From contig CAZQBY010000005.1 of NCBI GenBank assembly GCA_964592405.1, positions 13,306 through 77,305 on the forward strand: a DNA stretch of 64,000 nucleotides, written 5' to 3'. The first letter of the stretch is position 1. Every line of letters begins with the position of its first letter. The notes below the pieces were generated by a model. The model saw nothing but the letters and a program-made list of their open reading frames with translations, did no database searches and was not told where the DNA came from. Positions 56,522 through 64,000 of this stretch are shown here, in pieces. The DNA is from an uncultured archaeon. Its GTDB lineage: Archaea > Altiarchaeota > Altiarchaeia > JAFGQM01. A program made the position numbers and the translations under genes.

Positions 56522-58585
56522 ATGAAACTGAATAGGATAACTTTGTTCAAGAACGGCATCGGGTTCTTCGAGGGCGAGGCCTGTGTGAAAGAAGGCCGCT
56601 TCTCAATGGAATTCAAGAAGGAGCAGATGCCCGATGTTTTGAAGACGTTCCAAATCGTATCAGAGAATGGCGATTGCATACCCTTTTCTGTATTTGACAC
56701 AGCCAAGACGCTTGAGAAGACCTTAGAGGATATCGGAATAAACATCCCACCTGACGGCTCGTTGAAGGAGCTCCTAAAGCAGAGCATAGGCTATGAGGTC
56801 AGCGTCAAGCTGAAGAGCGGGAAGACTCTGGATGGCATCGTGCTGGGACTGGACCAGAAGACTTCCGTGTCAAAAGGGGGGGATTCTATTAAAGAACCAA
56901 CTGTGGTCCTACACTTAGACGACGGCAGCGTCAAGAGCGTGCCATTTGAGGACATGCTTTCCATATCACTAAAGGATGAGGGGAGAAAGGCAGAACTCAA
57001 GCGCTTCCTTGAGGAGATGAGGAAGAGCAAGAAGAAGGAGGCCAAGGCTCTGGACTTTGTGTTCGCTGGGAGTAAGTCTCCAAAGAGGGCGCGGATCTCC
57101 TACCTGGCGGAGATTCCTGTTTGGAAAGTGTCCTACCGCCTGAACATGGACGGCAAGAAGGGCAGGTTATCCTGCTGGGCAATCGTCGAGAACGGGACCA
57201 GCCAGGACTGGGAGGATGTGCAGCTCTCTTTGGCTTCCGGAAAACCCATATCATTCAACTATGATATATACACTGGTAGGTACGCCCGCCGACCGACGCT
57301 CACTATGCCGGAGGAGAGTACCCTCCTGCCGGCAGACTTTCAGGAAGTCGTACCAGAGCGGGATTTGGCTGTGCAGGATGAGGAGGCCCTTGATAAAGAG
57401 AAGCGCCTTACTAAGTGTGAAAAGACTAAGATGGAGCCTTCCAGTATGAGAGGATACACGCCACCTGTACCTATGGCGGCCCCTCAGATGCCGGAGGAGA
57501 AGCCCGAATTCGCCGAGAGAGAGGTCAGCTTCTCTAGAGAAATCTCAGTGCACTCATCGGAGGTTGAGGACACGACAATCTACAGCATAGCCGGGAAGGT
57601 CAACGTTCCCAAGGGCAAGTCGCTGTCTATTCCATTGTTCTCAAAAGAGGTAAAAGTCAGCAAGGTTTCGGTGTACAATGCGGACAATCATTCCAAACAT
57701 CCGATGCGCGTCGTGGAGCTCACCAATGATACCAAGTCTGCCTGGCAGACCGGACCTCTAGTGATATTTGACTCTGGGATCTATACAGGCGAGTCCATAC
57801 TCAAGAACATCAAGGTGGGCGAGAAGAAGAAGCTTTCTTACGCCTTGGACACGGACATCTTCGTCAGCGACCTGGGCGGCTCCATAAAGAGCATAGTTTC
57901 CAGGGTCCTGTGCGAGAAGGGTGTCGTCTACTTTGAGTACTGCGATGAGGAACTCAACGAATATGCGATAAAAAACAAGGGGGACTCCAAGAAGAAGGTG
58001 ATAATAGAGCACCCGAAGAAGTACGGTGCAGTCTCAGTGTCTCCAAAGCCGGACGAAGAAACGACCGATTTCTACCGCTTTACAGTCAATGTCGGAGCGA
58101 AGGAGACGAAGAAGCTGAAATTCAAAATAGTGACAAGCAAGACCAATAGCGTCAAGCTGCTGAACAACCCGGACCTTGCCACTAACCTCTCTTGGTACCT
58201 CAAGAACAAGTGGCTGAGTGGCAGGGAGGCAGACCTCATAAAGGGCTTCATCAGCGAGCAGATGAAGATAAATGAGCTCAAAAAAGAGCTGGCCAACAAG
58301 GAGAAAGAGCGAGACCGGCTAATCCAGGACCTGAAGAGGGCAAGGGACAACTACAAGCTGTACGCACGTAATGGGAAGGGCGCCAGCACTGCCGAGAGCG
58401 CGGAGAAGGAAAAGCTGAGGGCAAAGTACAGGAAGAAGATCTCAGATATAGACTTGGAGATAGATGCGGTCAACGACGAGATAGAGAAGCTGCAGAAGGA
58501 TATAAGGGAATGTGAGAAGAGCCTTGCCGATAGGGTGTCAAACACTTGGTTCGTAAAGAAGTTCAAGAGGGGGATATTCGGATGA
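56522..58585 (+). CDS. DUF4140/DUF4139-like large protein with a C-terminal coiled coil
   Basis: N-terminal ITLFKNGIGFFEGEACVKEGRFSMEF and central YLAEIPVWKVSYRLN...WAIVENGTSQDWEDVQLSLASGKP match my recollection of DUF4140/DUF4139 patterns. The last about 120 aa are heptad-rich. Confidence 0.5.
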   Translation: MKLNRITLFKNGIGFFEGEACVKEGRFSMEFKKEQMPDVLKTFQIVSENGDCIPFSVFDTAKTLEKTLEDIGINIPPDGSLKELLKQSIGYEVSVKLKSGKTLDGIVLGLDQKTSVSKGGDSIKEPTVVLHLDDGSVKSVPFEDMLSISLKDEGRKAELKRFLEEMRKSKKKEAKALDFVFAGSKSPKRARISYLAEIPVWKVSYRLNMDGKKGRLSCWAIVENGTSQDWEDVQLSLASGKPISFNYDIYTGRYARRPTLTMPEESTLLPADFQEVVPERDLAVQDEEALDKEKRLTKCEKTKMEPSSMRGYTPPVPMAAPQMPEEKPEFAEREVSFSREISVHSSEVEDTTIYSIAGKVNVPKGKSLSIPLFSKEVKVSKVSVYNADNHSKHPMRVVELTNDTKSAWQTGPLVIFDSGIYTGESILKNIKVGEKKKLSYALDTDIFVSDLGGSIKSIVSRVLCEKGVVYFEYCDEELNEYAIKNKGDSKKKVIIEHPKKYGAVSVSPKPDEETTDFYRFTVNVGAKETKKLKFKIVTSKTNSVKLLNNPDLATNLSWYLKNKWLSGREADLIKGFISEQMKINELKKELANKEKERDRLIQDLKRARDNYKLYARNGKGASTAESAEKEKLRAKYRKKISDIDLEIDAVNDEIEKLQKDIRECEKSLADRVSNTWFVKKFKRGIFG

Positions 58586-58640
58586 ATTTGTCGTGAGCAG
58601 GTTCCAAGTTCTTGCTCGCGCATTTGGGCATACCGGCCCA

Positions 58641-59828
58641 TTATTCCCTCAGTTTCCCCGCCACCTCGCTGGGAAGCCCCCACAGCTTGATGAAGCCCTC
58701 GGCCGACTTGTGGTCGAAGACGTCTTTCTTGTCGTATGTGGCCAGGCCCAGACTGTAGAGGGAGTTGGGTGACTCCCGCCCCACGACCTGCACACTCCCT
58801 TTGTAGAGCTTGAGCCTGACCTTGCCGGTGACGTGCTTCTGCGAGGATTCCAGGTAGGCGCTCAAATCATCCATGAGCGGGTCGAACCAGAGCCCATAGT
58901 AGACCATCTCGGCGAACTTCTGGTCTATGCGCGCTTTGAAAGACTTCTGCTCGCGCGTGAGCACCATTCCCTCCAGATCCGCATGCGCGGCTATTATTAT
59001 GACTGCAGCCGGGGCTTCATAGACCTCCCTGCTCTTGATTCCGACCACCCGGTCCTCTATCATGTCTATCCGCCCGACGCCATGCTTGCCGCCGATTCTG
59101 TTGAGCGCGTCGATTAACTCTACTCCGCTCATATTCCTGCCGTTCAGGGAGACGGGCAACCCCTTCTCAAAGCCTATCTCGACGTATTCGGCCTTGTCCG
59201 GCGCCTTGTCCGGGTCGGCTGTCCAGCTGAAAGCGTCGCTCGGCGGCTCTGTCATAGGGTCTTCCAACACGCCGGCCTCTATGCTGCGGCCCCAAAGGTT
59301 CTCGTCCAGCGAATAGGGATTCTTTGATGTGACAGGGACTGGAATGCCGTTCTTCTTCGCGTATTCTATCTCCTCCTCACGCGTCATCCAGTTCTCCCGC
59401 ACTGGGGCTATTATCCTGAGCTTGGGATTCAGTGCGCGCACTCCAACCTCAAAGCGCACCTGATCGTTGCCCTTGCCTGTGGCACCGTGCGCCACTGCAT
59501 CTGCACATTCTTTCTCTGCTATATCAACCAAATATTTCGCTATCAGTGGCCGGCCAAGGGCTGTCCCGAGGGGATATCTTCCTTCATACATGGCATTAGC
59601 CTTGATAGCCTTGCAAATATAATCCCTGAAGAACTCCTCCCGCACGTCAAGGGAATAGGTGGCCACTGCACCAAGCTTCTTTGCCTTTTCCTCAATAGCC
59701 TTCAAATCTGTCTTCCCCTGCCCCAACTCAAGAGTAAGTGTAACGACATCAGTTTTGTACCTCTCCTGTAGCCACTTGACTGCCACAGATGTGTCAAGGC
59801 CTCCGGAATAGGCAAGAACAGTTTTCAT
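58641..59828 (-). CDS. argG: Argininosuccinate synthase (canonical)
   Basis: VLAYSGGLDTS, AHGATGKGNDQVRFE, 395 aa. Confidence 0.93.
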   Translation of the reverse strand: MKTVLAYSGGLDTSVAVKWLQERYKTDVVTLTLELGQGKTDLKAIEEKAKKLGAVATYSLDVREEFFRDYICKAIKANAMYEGRYPLGTALGRPLIAKYLVDIAEKECADAVAHGATGKGNDQVRFEVGVRALNPKLRIIAPVRENWMTREEEIEYAKKNGIPVPVTSKNPYSLDENLWGRSIEAGVLEDPMTEPPSDAFSWTADPDKAPDKAEYVEIGFEKGLPVSLNGRNMSGVELIDALNRIGGKHGVGRIDMIEDRVVGIKSREVYEAPAAVIIIAAHADLEGMVLTREQKSFKARIDQKFAEMVYYGLWFDPLMDDLSAYLESSQKHVTGKVRLKLYKGSVQVVGRESPNSLYSLGLATYDKKDVFDHKSAEGFIKLWGLPSEVAGKLRE

Positions 59829-59867
59829 GGTTTATATTTCATTTTCACCAAATAAAAGGGGTTTCTG

Positions 59868-60551
59868 GTGGCAAATATGAAGATTCCAAGGCATATAGCT
59901 CTCATTCCTGACGGCAATCGTAGGTGGGCGAGGGAGAAGGGACTAAAACCATGGGAGGGCCACAGGACTGGGATAGAACGGTTCAAGGATTTTCTCGACT
60001 GGTGTTACGATTTGGGGGTTGAGGAAATAACGGCATATTCGCTATCAAGAGAGAATCTAACGAAAAGGACACCTGATGAGATGAGGTTTTTGTTTAAGCT
60101 CTATGAGGATGGTTTCAGGGAGCTGCTCTCCTCACCAAAGGTCATTGATAGAGAGGTCAGGGTAACTTTTGCCGGAGATTTAGAACCCTTTCCAAAAAGC
60201 CTGAGGGAGCTCATCTCAGATATCGAAGCCAAGACTGGGGAGTTCCAGAAGAGGCGCCTGAACCTTTGTCTCAACTATTCAGGGAGGGGTGAGATATTGT
60301 ATGCAGTGGAGAAGCTCATAAAGAACAGAAGAGATATAACGGAAGCCAACCTAGAGGAGTTTCTGCAGGTGAAGACTGCACCAGACCTTCTCATACGCAC
60401 AGCTGAGCACAGGATAAGCAATTTTCTGCTCTGGCAGTGTGCATATAGTGAAATATATTTTACTGAGAAACTGTTTCCGGATTTCACCCGTGATGATCTC
60501 ATGCAGGCCCTGAAACAGTTCGCCAATACGGAGCGGAGGTATGGAAAGTGA
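59868..60551 (+). CDS. uppS: cis-Prenyltransferase (UPP synthase family)
   Basis: HIALIPDGNRRWA, RTAEHRISNFLLWQ. Confidence 0.9.
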   Translation: MANMKIPRHIALIPDGNRRWAREKGLKPWEGHRTGIERFKDFLDWCYDLGVEEITAYSLSRENLTKRTPDEMRFLFKLYEDGFRELLSSPKVIDREVRVTFAGDLEPFPKSLRELISDIEAKTGEFQKRRLNLCLNYSGRGEILYAVEKLIKNRRDITEANLEEFLQVKTAPDLLIRTAEHRISNFLLWQCAYSEIYFTEKLFPDFTRDDLMQALKQFANTERRYGK

Positions 60552-61036
60552 TATTGGGCAGGGGGGAAATATTCAAACTGGTCAGAGAGAAGAAGCTTAT
60601 TGAGGAATTTGATGACAGGTGTCTGGAGGGGGCAGGATATGACCTCCGCATAGGCAAATTCTATAGGGTCTTTGGAAAGACGTATCTCAGTCCTGACAAA
60701 AGAAAACTGCCTGAAATAGAAGAGATAACGGAGGAACAACTTATACTCAAACCCGGCGACTACATACTGATGGAAACCATAGAAAGGATAAACATGCCTG
60801 CAAATCTGGCTGCACGCGTCCTGAACCGCAGTTCACTCTTTAGGTGTGGAGCGACGACATTCAACGCCTTCGTGGATCCGGGATACTGCGGAAGGCTAAC
60901 ATTCGGACTCAAGAACATCTCCAGCCATGACCTCAGTATAGCCAAGGGAACCAGAATAGCGCAGATAGTGTTTGAGGAGGTTGTAGGGCAGACAGAGTTA
61001 TACCGGGGGAGATATCAGGGAGGGAAGGTAGTCTAG
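60548..61036 (+). CDS. dcd: dCTP deaminase (dUTPase fold)
   Basis: 162 aa; ...RSSLFRCGATTFNAFVDPGYCG... typical Dcd core; 4-nt overlap with uppS. Confidence 0.8.
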   Translation: MILGRGEIFKLVREKKLIEEFDDRCLEGAGYDLRIGKFYRVFGKTYLSPDKRKLPEIEEITEEQLILKPGDYILMETIERINMPANLAARVLNRSSLFRCGATTFNAFVDPGYCGRLTFGLKNISSHDLSIAKGTRIAQIVFEEVVGQTELYRGRYQGGKVV

Positions 61037-61566
61037 AGAAGCTTTCTCAACTCTTCCCGACAGTTCTCACAAAAGAACGGCCTTTTGGCATCAACCAGCA
61101 TGATATTGTCTGAAAATGACATGACACATTCTCTCCTCCTGCAGTGTTCCAGACCATAACAGTGTCCCAGCTCGTGGGCCGCCTCCTTCACTGCACGCTC
61201 TTTCACTCTCTCATAATTGGATTCCTTTCCATAGAAGCGCTCGTCCAAGCGGTAGAGAGATATCATACACAATCTGCCGCCCTTCTGGGCCACACCAAAT
61301 ATAAAATTCATATCACCCATAAATATGTCAAAGTTTGCAACAGCTATTATCTTATCAGCTTTGAGGTCTTTTGTCATTTCGTTTAGATAAGAAACCAGCT
61401 TATCGGCATCATACTGCTCCCGCTCGCGGTTGTATATATCCTCCTGCAGCGTTGGTATGGGGGGAAGTATCTCAACCCTTGAGAGAAAGGTGTTTCCCAA
61501 ATGCTCCTTGAGATCAGAGAGTATCCTATCACTTATCTTGAGTATGGGGAGAATCAAGATTGACAT
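61033..61566 (-). CDS. amzA: Archaemetzincin
   Basis: HELGHCYGLEHC zinc motif plus C-terminal Cys4 (CVMS...CENC). Confidence 0.9.
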   Translation of the reverse strand: MSILILPILKISDRILSDLKEHLGNTFLSRVEILPPIPTLQEDIYNREREQYDADKLVSYLNEMTKDLKADKIIAVANFDIFMGDMNFIFGVAQKGGRLCMISLYRLDERFYGKESNYERVKERAVKEAAHELGHCYGLEHCRRRECVMSFSDNIMLVDAKRPFFCENCREELRKLL

Positions 61567-61605
61567 ATCAAAGTTTTAAGAAAAAAAGAGAAAAACAGCC
61601 AAGGA

Positions 61606-62514
61606 TTAGCTCCTCAGCCGCGTGCCACAGGACTGGCAGAATGTGGTTCCTGAATCATTCAGAGTCCCACATGCTGGACATTTTATCTGTGAAACCTGTT
61701 GAGCTGTTGTAGTTGCTGTTGTTGTCTGGGCCTGTGCAGGCTGGGCAGTGCCTGTAGCAGATGTCCCCCCTCCCTGAATGATTACGGGAGCCGATGCTGG
61801 AGCAGGGGCTTGGATTATGTTTGTTGTAGTTGCAACAGGCTGGCTGGCAGGTATCGGGGATGCCAGGATAGCAGACATCAGGGCTCCGCCCATGCCACCG
61901 ATTATTCCAACGATTATGGGGGTTATCAATACTACCCCCAGAAGCCAACCTACCCCCAGAAGGTTAAGGAGATCAACACCAGACGCCTGGCCTGCTCCTC
62001 CTACTGCCAAGAAGACATAGAGCGCCACTATCACGAGGGCAATGTAATAGCCCACAATCACAGAGGAAAACCCGGATACGAAGCCTCTACTGGCGGCGCC
62101 CCGCGATATGACACCGGCAATGACTCCGGCAATTAGGGCTGCTATGATAGGCAGTAGTACTCCAACTATGTTAACCGCCAGAGCGGAGGTAAACAGGGGT
62201 CCTAAACCCAAAGCCGCAGAGCCGACTAATATGCCCAAAAGCATGAGGTCCATATTCATTCCAGCCATATTGGGGGGCCCTCCTATGCCCATGCCACCAA
62301 GAGAATTGAGGGCACTGGAGACCTCAATTATGGAGATGCATACAGGCTGCACCGGAACTCCCATTGCTGGCATTCCCATCGCGGTAGCTATACCACCAAT
62401 GTCCACACAAACTGGGATGAACAGACCGAATATGCCGTTTAGAACAAAGAACACTATGAAGCCAAGCAGTATGGCCAATCCCATGGAACCTTGTTTATAA
62501 GCCATTTTAATCAA
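61606..62514 (-). CDS. Hypothetical Gly/Met/Ala-rich polytopic membrane protein with a C-terminal zinc ribbon
   Basis: Multiple GxxxG-rich helices. A Thr/Gln/Ala low-complexity linker. Terminal CPACGTLNDSGTTFCQSCGTRL. Confidence 0.5.
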   Translation of the reverse strand: MIKMAYKQGSMGLAILLGFIVFFVLNGIFGLFIPVCVDIGGIATAMGMPAMGVPVQPVCISIIEVSSALNSLGGMGIGGPPNMAGMNMDLMLLGILVGSAALGLGPLFTSALAVNIVGVLLPIIAALIAGVIAGVISRGAASRGFVSGFSSVIVGYYIALVIVALYVFLAVGGAGQASGVDLLNLLGVGWLLGVVLITPIIVGIIGGMGGALMSAILASPIPASQPVATTTNIIQAPAPASAPVIIQGGGTSATGTAQPAQAQTTTATTTAQQVSQIKCPACGTLNDSGTTFCQSCGTRLRS

Positions 62515-62764
62515 TATTTACATAAACTCAATTGAAGGTTTATCTGCTTAAGTAACTAGTAGGGAAATAAAAATAATTTGAGATTTGCTACCCGGAGTTG
62601 CTATCCAGAGTTTGAAGTGTTGGAGCCCGGAGCATCAAATGAAAAAGGCAGGATATTAAACGAGTTTTAAAAATATAGAATTTTAAAAATATGCATTCAA
62701 ACTAATACAATATCAAACTAATACAGTAAATCAATAAATCATACGAGTCAATAATCCAGAAAAA

Positions 62765-63109
62765 ATGGTTTTGGGCATGGTAAAAAAGGCGGAGTATGAG
62801 AAGGTTGTAAAGGGCAACAATGAGCTTCGCGCAAAAATGGAGAAACTCCGCTTGGAAAACGCCCTCCTGAAGGACCAGATACGGGCCCTCAGCACACTTC
62901 CACCAGATGCAGGCCAACTGTACATCTTCATCCAACTCAAGATGAGTGTTACACTGGATGACATAATGAAGAGCCCGAAATTTTCTGGCATGGGTAAGAG
63001 AAAGATAAACACTGCACTAAAAAAACTCCTAAAGAGACGGCTGATTGAGGTTAATGTGCAGAATGGGGAGGAGAGATATTCTGTCAGAACCCCTGAAATA
63101 CCGGGTTAG
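62765..63109 (+). CDS. Hypothetical coiled-coil plus putative winged-helix protein
   Basis: 114 aa; N-terminal heptads (LRAKMEKLRLENALLKDQIRAL) then MSVTLDDIMKSPKFSGMGKRKINTALKKLLKRRLIEV. Confidence 0.35.
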   Translation: MVLGMVKKAEYEKVVKGNNELRAKMEKLRLENALLKDQIRALSTLPPDAGQLYIFIQLKMSVTLDDIMKSPKFSGMGKRKINTALKKLLKRRLIEVNVQNGEERYSVRTPEIPG

Positions 63110-63163
63110 GAACAACAGAGAGTATATGCCCCCTATGCCCTCCCAGAATTCTGCTACCGGTTT

Positions 63164-64000
63164 TTACAAATCCAAAGATTTACAAATCCTGAGAATATCC
63201 GAATATATGGCACTCTGAGTCTCTCTTCCTCCTGCCCCACGACCTATTATCGTTATGTCCTTTCCGATATCTGTTTTGAACAGGACAGCATTCAGATTGC
63301 TCTCGATATTGAGCGGGTGGTTCTCCGGAACGAGTTTGGGTCCCACAGACAGACGGCCGTCTCCTATCTCAGCTATCAGCTTGATGGCATAGCCATTCTT
63401 CTTTGCAAGCTGCACCGCCTCCTTTGTAATCCCCCTTATACCAGTTATCTCAACATCCGAGAATTTTTTCTCCATACCCATTATATCATTGGCCAGTATT
63501 ACTGCCTTGGCTGCTGCATCTATTCCATCGATGTCATAGGTTGGGTTTGCTTCTGCATAGCCCAGCTCCTGAGCCTCCCGCAGGGCTGTTTCAAAATCCA
63601 TCCCACCCTTTGACATTTTGTTTAATATATAATTGGTGGTTCCATTGAGTATCCCCTCCATGCTTATAATCCTGTCCGCTTGTATACATTCACGGGCAAG
63701 ATTCATCAGGGGCATGCCTCCTCCGGCAGCTGCTTCATAAAGAAGCCACAGATTCTTCTTACTTGCCAGCCCTCTGAGTTCCGAAAAGCGACTGGCAATA
63801 GCACACTTGTCCGAGCTGACTACATGGAGACCATTTTTTAGGGATGCTTCTATCAGTTCAGCACCGGGGTTTCCTGTCCTAATATCACTTGGAACTACTT
63901 CGACTGCTATATCTGCATGGACAGCTTCTATCATCTCTACCGAAGTCATCTTTTTCCACTGGACGAGGGTGTCGAGCCACTTTCCCTGTTTCCTCACCTC
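63164..64000 (-). CDS. hom: Homoserine dehydrogenase. The N-terminus lies beyond the window end.
   Basis: Catalytic domain with ...AAGGGMPLM...; C-terminal ACT-like region. The ORF runs to the window edge. Confidence 0.8.
   Translation of the reverse strand, partial: EVRKQGKWLDTLVQWKKMTSVEMIEAVHADIAVEVVPSDIRTGNPGAELIEASLKNGLHVVSSDKCAIASRFSELRGLASKKNLWLLYEAAAGGGMPLMNLARECIQADRIISMEGILNGTTNYILNKMSKGGMDFETALREAQELGYAEANPTYDIDGIDAAAKAVILANDIMGMEKKFSDVEITGIRGITKEAVQLAKKNGYAIKLIAEIGDGRLSVGPKLVPENHPLNIESNLNAVLFKTDIGKDITIIGRGAGGRETQSAIYSDILRICKSLDL

Overview
This is a 64 kb archaeal chromosome segment, about 48% GC, encoded densely on both strands. Almost all of it is housekeeping. Gene content is SepRS, Orc1/Cdc6, family B DNA polymerase, CDC48, SRP54, Spt4/RpoE, DPCK(DUF359), Taw1, GGGPS, archaemetzincin, AglB with a WWDYG motif, plus gyrA/gyrB and an H+-pyrophosphatase. 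That points to a euryarchaeon of the methanogen or Archaeoglobi type. I found no transposase, integrase or CRISPR array. Left to right: aglB (partial) and a HAD phosphatase; ABCE1; the conserved rpoE-spt4-DPCK-eS24-eS31 operon (spt4 is absent from the ORF track); hppA; a PIN-trmI pair; a wHTH regulator divergent from hsp20-cdc48; SepRS; a sepF neighbourhood; orc1/cdc6; traB; a PRC-barrel gene and ffh; gyrB and gyrA; an RNA gene cluster (tRNA-Ile, tRNA-Thr, initiator tRNA-Met, SRP RNA, intron-containing tRNA-Ser(GGA)). Next come a SemiSWEET-like gene, a 643-aa Cys-rich protein with a pilin-type signal peptide, a PHP phosphoesterase, PadR, ksgA, tsaC, a GCS2-like ligase and an M20 peptidase. A C/D box sRNA follows, then a transglutaminase-like protein, polB, a block of unknown coiled-coil and membrane proteins, a CPA antiporter, taw1 and GGGPS. 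The window ends with a pyrimidine and arginine supercluster (pyrC, carAB, pyrBI, argF, an argG paralog, argH, a DUF4139-like protein, canonical argG), then uppS, dcd, amzA, two hypothetical proteins and partial hom. The most unusual region is the tRNA-Ser locus. The tRNA is flanked by tandem minihelix copies of its own acceptor stem and variable arm, a perfect 51-nt direct repeat, and downstream partial copies of its 3' end. This is either a heavily scarred integration hotspot or a family of tRNA-derived structured RNAs. Other points worth a second look: the C/D box sRNA with an internal hairpin, operator-like repeat arrays in the hsp20 and argF/argG promoters, a divergent second argG, and long low-complexity C-terminal tails on GyrA and eS24.
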